NCBI RefSeq assembly: GCF_036588685.1
Contig: NC_086383.1
Span: 61,008,001 to 61,072,000, forward strand
Direction: 5' to 3'
Length of the DNA stretch: 64,000 bases
Source of the DNA: Mytilus trossulus
Lineage: Eukaryota
A model generated the notes under the pieces. The model was given only the letters and a program-made list of their open reading frames with translations. It was not told where the DNA came from and made no database searches. Below are positions 50,101 through 58,900 of the stretch, piece by piece (within the stretch, counting starts at the first letter, position 1; each line of letters begins with the position of its first letter). The translations under genes were made by a program, and so were the position numbers.

Positions 50101-52405
50101 TCATTTTCTACTATATTCAAATTTTCTTTGAAAAAAATATGTAAGTTATTCACACAGTCTTCACCTTCCACCTCGGGTATATTATAAAAAACAAGATTGT
50201 TTTTCATTTCTTTCATATGTATGTCAATCATAAGTTCTTCTTTTATTTTAACGCTTTCGTCTTTCACCTTTTTTCGAGTCAGGTCGATTTCATTCTTTTG
50301 TTCAGATATTTGTTTATTAAAACGTGTTACATTTTCTGATTGTGATTTGATTTTATCATTTACTTCTTTAATTTTAGTGTCAAGTTTTAATATTTTTTTT
50401 TCTCTGATCGTCGAAGCAATCACTGAAATGTTGAGTAGCATGTTCAACCTCCCCCAATCTTTGACTTAAAATCTGTGTTTCATATTCAACTTTAATCACT
50501 TTACTATTCATATTAATGTTCAACCTACAAATTTTAAGGCTAGTTGAAGACCAATACTATTGCTTTTACACGCAATCAAGAGACAAATTTTAATACAACA
50601 TTTTATATCTTACAACAAAACGTTAAAGCAAATACATAAAATAAAATATAATAGCATTCTGTGTGTGTTTACTTTTTCTCAGACAATTACTCTCTTATAT
50701 AAATCTATCTGCCAAAAAACGTTTTGTGGCTCAAATAATACTGTGTTAGACGGGAAATCAAATTAAACTTTTGAGAGATTGTTGTAAATTATATGAAACA
50801 AGAATGTGTCCCTAGTGCACTGATGACCCATCCGCACTATCATTTTCTATAATCAGTAGACCGTGAAAATGGGGTAAAAATATTTAGTTTGGCATTAAAA
50901 TTAGAATGATCATATCACAGGGAACATGTGTACTAAGTTTCAGATTGATTTGACTTCAACTTCATAAAAAAAAATACCTTGACCAAAAACTTTAACTTGA
51001 AACGGGACAGACGGACGAACGGAAAACATAATGCCCATCTTTTGGGAATAAAAACGACCTCCGACAGTCAAATTAACTAAAGCAAATGACAGTACACAAC
51101 GTCTACGTTTTGAAATGTTCTTACCCTTTAGGTGTCTGTCAGCTTTTAGGTTGTTGATTATTTGAGTAATAGAGTACGAGGCATCACTGATAGTTTTAGC
51201 ATACAGGTACATAGACACGGGATTAGGTGGTACTGGTTTTGTTCCATTTAACTCTTCTGTCAGCTGACTTCTAATGCTTAATGATATTCTGAAAGCATAG
51301 ATAAATAACTTTTGATACTCTAAAGCATCAATAAATAACTTTATGAAAGTCAAATAAATATCTTTGTGATATTCTGAAAGCACAACTAAATAACACTGAG
51401 ATATTTTGAAAGTACAAATAATTAATTTTTGATAATCTGAAAGCACAAATGAATAACATTTTTGATATCCTGAAAGCACAAATAAATAACTTTTTAATAT
51501 TCTGGAAGCACAAATAAATAACTTTTTGATAATCTGAAAGCACAAATAGATAAGTTAAACTTTATGTTATTCTGAATGCAAAAACAAATAACTTTTTGAT
51601 ATCCTGAAAGCACAAATAAATAATATCTTTTTGATAATACGTAGGCACAAATAATTATTTTTTTAATATTCTGAAAGCAAAATAAATAACTTTTTCATAT
51701 TTCGAAAGCACAAAAAGATAACTTTTTAATATTCTGAAAGCACAAAAAAATAAATATTTTATATTCTGAAAGCAAATAACTTTTTGATTTATATTAAGAA
51801 ATAGAAAACGTTTTGATATCCCAAAGCATACATAAATAACTTTTTTATATCCTGAAAGCACAAATAAATAATAACTTTTTGATATTATGTAAGCACACAT
51901 AAATAACTTTTTGATATTCTGAATTCACACATGAATAACTTTTTGGTATCATGAAAGCACAAATAAATAACTTTTTGATATTCTGTAAGCACATATAAAT
52001 AACTTTTTTATATTCTGAAAGAAAAAAAGGAAATAACTTTTTGATATTCCGAAAGCACAAATAAATAAGATTTGATATTATGAAAGCACTAGTAAATAAC
52101 TTTTTGATTTGTCTTAATACATAGACAAAGTTTTGGTATCCCGAAGCAAACATAAATAACTTTTTGATATTCTGAAAGCACACATGTTTTTCGTGTAAAA
52201 CAACATAAAGAGATCACATGTATTACCTTTTTAAAACTTCAATCTTTAATTCCTCTTGTCTTATGTATTTATCCATATTTTTCACCAATTTCACGGCAGT
52301 TTTTTTGGATTCCTGAAAATTTTCCGTACACGTGAACAAATGCCCCAGAACACAATATAAATCAAATAAAAAGACGAAAGAAATCCACATTTTGTCCACT
52401 ATCAT
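28919..52405 (-). CDS. P4HA: Prolyl 4-hydroxylase subunit alpha-like (collagen P4H family), complete CDS of 13 coding exons, ~522 aa
   Basis: Exons: 52227-52405 (signal peptide); 51125-51288 (NPVSMYLYAK); 45974-46126 (RLQNTYNV); 43726-43892 (AYDCYDIG..QWM); 41080-41140; 39368-39495 (YENTC); 38287-38451 (PIKVE..SPMILVVHDII); 36923-36996 or 36801-36877; 36200-36308 (RLERLTGL..HLQ); 33979-34041 (IVNYGIGGEFQPHFD); 32556-32609 (NRVLTIILY); 30626-30694 (LSDVEVGGSTVFP); 28919-29101 (TLHAGCPVFFGSKWIANKWIH, stop). All phases match and the total is 1569 nt. Confidence 0.93.
30428..30548 (-). mobile_element. Retrozyme family 1 fragment (GAAA mutated to GGAA)
   Basis: CGCCAGACGCGCGTTCCGTTTACATAAGACTCATCAGTGACG. 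Confidence 0.75.
30832..32050. mobile_element. Non-autonomous hAT DNA transposon with 8-bp target-site duplication
   Basis: TIRs TAGGGATGTCAA / TTGCCATCCCTA (Ac-like TAGGGATG end). Perfect ATTATTTC direct repeats at 30824-30831 and 32051-32058. Clustered subterminal TACTCG/CGAGTA motifs. No transposase ORF. Confidence 0.9.
33480..33910 (+). repeat. Dispersed repeat family A (representative copy)
   Basis: AAAATGCCTGTACCAAGTCAGGAATATGACAGTT..GATTTTACTTT. Also at 1-150, 7711-7955(-), 26545-26615, 38910-39225, 40600-40875, 41930-42105(-), 45157-45255, 59673-59970(-) and 63462-63630(-). Confidence 0.85.
35112..35325 (-). mobile_element. Retrozyme family 1 fragment, degenerate
   Basis: Colinear with 42362-42520 and the reverse complement of 6450-6655. 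Confidence 0.72.
36354..36485 (-). mobile_element. Retrozyme family 1 fragment with a deletion in the ribozyme core
   Basis: TACGCCAGACTCGACATAGGTCTCATCAGCGACGCTC with the shared flanks. Confidence 0.7.
36801..36877 (-). CDS. P4HA-like alternative exon 8b (tandem duplicate of 8a)
   Basis: ttccag|LQRSKIYHGDDSLLRPLDSSTRTSST|gtaagt; 77 nt, phase 0 to 2, open frame, intact splice sites. Confidence 0.82.
36923..36996 (-). CDS. P4HA-like alternative exon 8a
   Basis: ttccag|LQRSKVVSDDSPLRHVDSSVRTIST|gtaagt; 74 nt, phase 0 to 2. Same length as the paralog exon at 63898-63971. Confidence 0.85.
37780..38112 (+). repeat. Dispersed repeat family C (representative copy)
   Basis: TAGAGGTATAGGGGGA.GGTTGAGATCTC..CCATTCTCAATTTTAT. 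Also at 33090-33365 and partially at 2229-2310. Confidence 0.85.
39630..39975 (-). mobile_element. Retrozyme-like repeat family 2 with degenerate hammerhead
   Basis: Minus strand GTGTTC-TTGGTGA-aggtaaatccaa-GAAA-AGCGTT-TC-GGACGC at 39673-39716. Related decayed cores at ~34670-34700 and 53665-53692 (CCTGATGAAG..GAAAC). Confidence 0.6.
42228..42829 (-). repeat. Near-perfect 300-bp tandem duplication, each unit carrying a type I hammerhead
   Basis: Units start at 42228 and 42528 with two substitutions seen between them. Minus-strand CGTCA-CTGATGA-ATCT(cttgc)AGAC-GAAA-CGCGCG-TC-TGGCG at 42403-42444 and 42703-42744. Confidence 0.93.
43399..43536. repeat. Long palindrome: 62-bp arms, 1 mismatch, 14-nt loop
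   Basis: 43399-43460 is the reverse complement of 43475-43536. Confidence 0.93.
43929..44855 (+). mobile_element. 5'-truncated Penelope-like element, antisense in P4HA intron 3
   Basis: FQQTVGIPRGTNCAPLLADLFLYYYE..FRYIDDVLSLNN..FYDKRDHFSF, plus a 3' UTR homologous to 25258-26085. Confidence 0.88.
45418..45628 (+). mobile_element. Retrozyme family 1 fragment (GAAA mutated to AAAA)
   Basis: GCGTCGCTGATGAGTCTTTTTTTAGACAAAACGCGCATCTGGCG; colinear with 6450-6655. Confidence 0.75.
45665..45800. repeat. Minisatellite, 34 bp x 4
   Basis: AAGCGAATTGTCTAAACAGTTTCCAATTTACTGT, nearly identical units with no spacers. Confidence 0.95.
46223..50465 (-). mobile_element. Near-full-length inactivated non-LTR retrotransposon (ORF1 + APE-RT ORF2; RTEX/Crack-like, clade uncertain) in P4HA intron 2
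   Basis: ORF1 has a coiled coil and NNLVFYNIPE..RIG..RPLLVKF. The APE endonuclease has CLSWNIHG and VCGDF. The RT has QFGFR, AFVDFCKAFD, GVKQGEPLSPLLF, LLFADD and YLGV. The C-terminus has IETGRY..RICKCC..ENEYHFIMVC. The 3' end has AATAAA followed by a (TCTTA)n tail at 46223-46256. ORFs are broken by stops (47143, 48196) and frameshifts. Confidence 0.93.
50797..51055 (+). mobile_element. HINE-like element, second copy
   Basis: Colinear with 10636-10933. Confidence 0.6.
51282..52183 (-). repeat. Minisatellite, ~31-bp unit x ~28, filling P4HA intron 1
   Basis: Unit on the minus strand GTTATTTATTTGTGCTTTCAG|AATATCAAAAA. The last unit is the real exon-2 acceptor. Confidence 0.93.
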
Positions 52406-54374
52406 CTTTATACGTACACTCTTCCGCTAAATAAATCTGACAAAAATATGATTGATTTTTATATTACATGTAATACACTTCTGCGTGTTCGACCATCACA
52501 CTTACATTCACCTCTATGAAGGTACTTAGTACAACCAGTCTTGTAAAAGTTTTAAACACATTTTAACAAATATCGAATACAAACCGGTATATATCAAACT
52601 ATGAAATTATGATATATTTTGGCTATGATTTGTCGTTTCGGTCTTTTCTGTTATAAGGTTTAACAGAGATACAAATATTTTATAGTCAGTAGAAAAATTG
52701 ACAATAAATGATATATTAATTTGATAATAATTTTAACCACATTTTAACAAATATTTATCAAACTATACACTTATGATATATTTTGACCTTGATTTTTTGC
52801 TTCTGTTATTAAGTCTTTTCTGTTATAAGGTTTAACAGAGATATAAACATATATAGTCTGTATAAAAAATTAAAATTGAATAAATAATTAAAATGTCTAT
52901 GGAAATTCTAGATATGATTTAAAACTCGGCACAGACGGACTTTATCAAGATATCACGAAGGTTCAGACGAATAAAGCTTCAGGAAATATTGGTATTTTAA
53001 ATATTACGAATTATTACTTAGAAAATTTATACATTTACAGATATTATTCATCCTGATTAAATTTTCAAATTAGTTGATTTGCTTGGCAGTGACATGGGAA
53101 TTCACCATCTGCCAATTGTCTTTGATAAAAATGGGGGAAATTGGTTTTATTTATTTTGGTCAATAATTACATATTTGAAAATTCTAATGCTATTTCACAA
53201 TGATAATTAAAAAGGGATGCTCAAAAGTACAGAGGAAATACGGAAGATTATAAATGTGCCTCTAGCTCAGTTGATGATAAATAGAAATTTTAATATTAGT
53301 TCTGCGTTTTAAATATAGGAATACAATTTAACCCTTTTATTATTTCCTTTCTAAAAAAAAAAGGTTCCATGTTATATCTTTAAAATTTTTAAAAAAAAAT
53401 ATTTCCTTTCAATGTTTTGCGAATTAATCTATTTATTAATGCATTTGCATTGCATGTTTTATCTGGGTGGTATGATTTGTCCACTTTTGTTTAAAAAGAC
53501 CACTACGATAAAGTCGAAGTATTGAAAATAGTATTACACACAAACTACTTGTATCAATCGATCTTTCACATATAATTAGTTTTACTATGAATATTTAACA
53601 TTTGATTTTAAAAAAAAAAAAAAAAAAAAAATAAAAAAATACCTGTCAACAATTTTAAATTAAGCGTACCTGATGAAGATAATACCAGAAACAGTAGAAA
53701 TACACATGGAATATAGTCAATCGGCAAACTTCGGTACATTCCGCTACCCTACATGAGATGTGCCGATTTGGAGTTTGATAATTAAATATAACAGATTATT
53801 TCGTTACTAAATGTGTAAACTTATTTTGTGTAATCTAAATAAAGTATGTATCAGGATAACTTGTAATGAAATCATGCAAATCTGTTAACCTATATATGGT
53901 ATATTTCAAAGAACAGTTTTGGACACATCAGAACTATTTTACATAGTATCTCATTTTAATATCCGAAATACAGCTCTGTATTTTTCGATAATTGTAGGTA
54001 AATTTCCTGGTAGAAAACATATAAACACAAAACATTAAAAAAAAAAAAAAGACTAACAGGAAAACCGATTATTTTTTTTTTCGGAATCATTTATATTTTA
54101 TATTTATCAAATATATCTTATTCTCTTTTTCTTCGCAATATGCTCATAGTTTACAATAAATATATATCCTTGACTATATTGTGTCACTCAATTCAGGAAC
54201 CAACAGGTATAAAGTCCCTGGTAATAATCTATAATTAAATCTCAATGTCAGATGTTTGCCTGAGGATTGTGTTCTCCTTGTATGTATCATGTACAACATA
54301 CATGTTTTGAACATCTATATGTACAATATTTATCACTAATAAGAAATTTCTTTAAATGTATAATTTAAATCAAT

Positions 54375-54597
54375 TACTGTAAACCAACTTATTTTCGCGA
54401 GCGATTTTTTTTTCGCGACTTTCGCGAGTAGAAAAATAACGCGAATATAAATCGTCGCAAATATGTCAATATTTGATCTTTCCTTAATAAACTTCCTCAA
54501 GTAAATCAGATAATCGCGAAATTAAATAGCCGCGAAGTGGTCAAGAAAGGGTGAAACGCTAAATAAAGTATCCGCGAAAATAAGTTGGTTTACAGTA
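54375..54597. mobile_element. MITE with ~25-bp TIRs and TA ends
   Basis: TACTGTAAACCAACTTATTTTCGCG ... CGCGAAAATAAGTTGGTTTACAGTA. A decayed relative lies at ~18685-18845. Confidence 0.88.
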
Positions 54598-55984
54598 TTG
54601 ATATTGCTTGTAGATTGAGAGATTAGAAAATTAATATTTGTCGAAGATGGCACATTATATTGCTTATGTAAGCTGTACGAACTTGTTTTCTCGGGAAATG
54701 AATAGTATATGCTACCAAAATATTTTTCCCTGGCTTAGGGGTAATATGCATAAAACCACTGAGGTAAAGATATCCAATCAAAACACTTATTTTTCATAGC
54801 ACATGTAGAACAATCCGTCCGTTCGGAACAAATCTTAACTTACAAAGTGTTATGCATATCAGCTCACAAATATATATACCAGGACAGTCGTCTGATATGT
54901 AATTTTATATTCGTCACAACTCGGCTGGTTCCGTACATCCATTCCGATGTTTGCCGATTGGCAATTTTACTGATTCTGTCATATTTATTGTATATTCGCC
55001 TGGTCTGTAATTTTTTATTCGTAACGACTCGGCAGATTCCGTACCTCCATCCCGAGGTTTGCCGATTGGCAATTTTACTGATTATGTCTTATATCATATA
55101 GTGACATTTTGACTGAGTGTTAAATATACATGTAGTTAATAAGCAAGTGAATCGATAAGACCTTGAAAATAATGTATATCCTGGAACCTGATGTTCTGTG
55201 GTTGTCGTTTAACGTCTTTCTAGTTTTTCGTTATTTCTATAGATTAGACCGTTGAGTTTCCCGCTTGAATTCTTTATCACCAGTCAATTTTAAGTCTTTT
55301 ATAGCTAAACTGTTCGGTCTGAATCAAGGCTTAGTGTTGAAAACCGTACAAAATGTTGACCTATAATGGTTTACTTTTAAATTATAAGTTGTGACTTGGA
55401 TTTAGAGTTTTCGCATTGGTACTCATGCCACATCTTCCTATAACTATATACATGTACATGTTTCTCTCCTCTCAACGTGATAATTGATTTGTGTTTATTT
55501 CTATTCAGTATTTCGCGTTCCTGATAATACTAAAAACAACAATATGTTATTATTTTCTATGATTTATTAATGTTTCAGTTAATATAATACTTATGAATTC
55601 ATTTAATAGTAGCTTTGTTGCCATGTTTCCATACGGTTTCTACAATAATGAATATAAATGACGATCTGGAGGGGGGTTACACCATATAGAATACTCGGAC
55701 AAATCTACAGAAAAATCGTCCATAAGAATTAAAAAGGGGGAATATGCCAAAAAAATAGAAAATATAGGTGTGCTGAAATAAAAAAAAATATTGAAATAAG
55801 GAAAAAATATATGAAGAATAGAAACAAATTATTTGAAAGATTAAGAACTACCTACACGACCCTCACAAATAAGGTAATATAACCAACGGCAATACTAAAC
55901 GATTACGACCAACAGAAAGCGATACCGGAAGACATTTTTTTTTTCATTTTTTTTTTCTTCATTTTTTTTTTATCTAGGATCTGC

Positions 55985-58900
55985 ATGATGTCTGTTCGTA
56001 AATTATTAGTATCCGTAATAATAACCGTGAATATTTTCTCTTGTATTGGAATATTATTTACGTGCACAAAACATTTTGAAGATTCTAAGAGAACAGTATA
56101 TAATCTTTCGGAATACATAGAATCTTTGAACGGGTATAACGAATTGAAAAGGTAAATAAATAATTATACATTTTCAGTTTAAACATATTTATTTGAAGTG
56201 GATTGGGAAAGAAGTTTTGCAACTTGAATTAATCCTTTTCTACTTTGCGGGTACGAGTGCTGCCTTGTAGCGGCATTAGCCTACTCTTTTTCGAAATCTA
56301 CAAGGGTGTCTTTAACATATATGGCTCTCTCTTAACACGGGTTAGCCATTTATCGTCCCCTTCCGACGGACAATCATCGTTTCCTTAAAATTATACTCGC
56401 AAATGGTGTCAAGGAAGAGCCGTTAATTGAGTTCCTGAAATTTTCATCCAGAACGGGAATCGAACCAGGAATCTTTGTGTTAGTAGTCCGATGCATTTGT
56501 AGTTTATATATTTGCTTTAGTCTAATAAACCCTTAGCGTTGCACATGTTGAGGTAACCATTGGCAGATTTATGGTGTGGCTCGAGGTTCAAAAACTTATT
56601 TTAAGCAAGTATTGAAACATTATTATTAGCATGAAATAGCTATACTCAGATTTTATCAATTACACCTAGAAAAACTGCTAAATTTTTGAACAATGCATTT
56701 AATAAAAGAAAAAACTTTTTGTATAGGAACAATCAAACATAAATTCTAACTTTGTCCGCTGTTAAATGATTATTATTTTTATGTATAAATGTTTAAAGTG
56801 ACTTATAGGTCCAAAGGGCCGGGTGTTGATACATGTAATTACAACTGCTTATTGAAATATTGTATATTGTCATAAAACACATGTCACTATAATAAATAAT
56901 TTGGTATTGGTATTATACACCCCGCCCCCTCTTGTTTATCTTTTAATTAGATCCTGGATCCGCCCCTTATAACTGCAGCTATTCAAACGCAAGTGCTTAT
57001 CTAACTTACAATGTAGATACAGATGAAACTAACAGCGAAATGATGGGGGTTTAGGCCAAAAATGTTCAATAACAGAATTGTTTCACATTGGTTTCAGCGG
57101 CGGATCCATGGAGGGGGGTTCCGTTTTTGCGTATCTTTTGTTAGAATTATAGAAAATTAAGGGTTAGTTCCCCTTATTTGTGGTCATTTGTTAATTACTG
57201 GTGCATTTAAACAAAACTTTTTTGTAAAATACTAGAACAGGAAAATGATAAGTAGATTGTTATTTATATTTGTGCAACATTATTCAATTTAAACATAAGT
57301 TAATATCCTTTCGAGTTGGTTTTTGATTTTCAGGTTCTCACGTGACCACTGCATACTTACCTTTTTAAAGTCAAACAGATAAATAATAATCTTTGAAAAA
57401 GACACGATATAAACTACATTTCGGCAAAATATTGAAACAATTTCGGACGTTTTTTGATAATTCCGATTTTTTACTGGTCAACAAGCTTAAGAGTAGCAAT
57501 GTAATTTAATATATTTTTGTTTACAGAATTTCAGAGAGATTAAGGGATCAAATCTCAGAGGAATGTAACAGAAACACAACAACACTTCCGAATCCTGTGT
57601 CTATGTACCTTTACGCTAAAACAGTCAACGAAGCTTTAAGTCCAATCAGAGATACAATAAATAAGACAGACGATGTTTTAATAAAAGGTAATTATTTTTA
57701 AAACGATGTGGTTATAATATGAAAATCAATGGTTTTCATTCCCGTCCAAACTTTGTAAGTGCCAAAATCAGACCATTTTTTTATGAATTTTTGCAAGTAG
57801 TTTTCATAAAAAGACCCCCCAAAAAAGTAGATCCCACTCTCCGTCTCATTTTTTGAATGAAAAAAAAATCTTAATAAATTGATTGTGTTTGACATTTGAA
57901 TGATTGGGTATGGCGATGAGACAAATTTCTATCATATTGACAGCATGTGTTAAATTTGTTTGATCGTCGAAGTATATCGGCAGATTCCGCTACCTTATTG
58001 TATCAGATTTCTAGAAGTCATTCTGCTTCATAATAAATCAATCGGCAAATCTCGGCAGATTATATTTATGCATGCCGAAGTGTGCCGAATGAGCCGTTGT
58101 CTAAAAGTTGTATATACTTAACCTGTATTGATAACTCCCAAATCATTAAGCTCAAATCGGTGCTACGGGTTCGTTTTGAGCATGCAGAATATTGTGCAAT
58201 TTTGTTCTTTGATGCATGGTATCGCTGTGACCGTGAGATCAAACACTTCAACGTACAAAACACAGCACAAGCAATTTTGCTGACACCTTGTTCATTTTCA
58301 TATACATTTTAGTAAATGAAAACACTTTTTGATACCTAAACAGAAAAGGCTACAAGTAACCATTCTACAGAATTATTTAGCAAAATTTTATATTTTTTAC
58401 AGAAACAATGATATCATTCATTTCAAATTTACCGACGGGAGCAGACGTAGAAGGTGTTATACTGTCATTCGTTAAGTTACAAAACACGTACAACGTATCG
58501 TCACGTGACATGGCTAGTGGTTACATACTTGGAATTAAAGTGCCAACTTTAACAGGTAAAATTACATTATTTGTGTTTAACAAATGGGTAATTGTTTGTA
58601 TTCTTTCATTATTTCAAATGTTAAGAGTGACATAGCTATATCTTTATTCAGAGATCTACCAGTATAACCAAAGAGAACTCTTAAATGAAAGGTCGGCATG
58701 CCTTTTCTAAATTTATTTGTGTCGTTTGATTGCTGTCTCGTTGATGCATTCCCGAAATATCACCATGCAACTGATATATACCGTTGATAAATCCAACATA
58801 AAAAAAACCGGGAAATAACTGTCATGTACCTGATCCAGTAAGTTGGCGTAGCGAATGCTCTCAAAAATGCGCCATATTGTAATCATTCTTTTAAACTACC

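Noticed and set aside
47283-50469. Plus-strand ORFs within the LINE
   Set aside because: Antisense shadows of ORF1 and ORF2.
51282-52183. CRISPR-like ~31-bp periodic array
   Set aside because: Units are contiguous with no unique spacers, there are no cas genes, and it lies in a eukaryotic intron. It is a minisatellite.
50940-52183. Repetitive ORFs (FQNIKKLFICAFRI...) as novel proteins
   Set aside because: These are translations of the minisatellite. Only 51125-51288 matches the paralog exon.
55903-56118. Minus-strand ORF with KKKMKKKKMKKK as an NLS protein
   Set aside because: It is the antisense of the plus gene's first coding exon and its polypyrimidine tract.
56440-56495. tRNA gene
   Set aside because: Only a B-box and partial head attached to a SINE body; no full cloverleaf.
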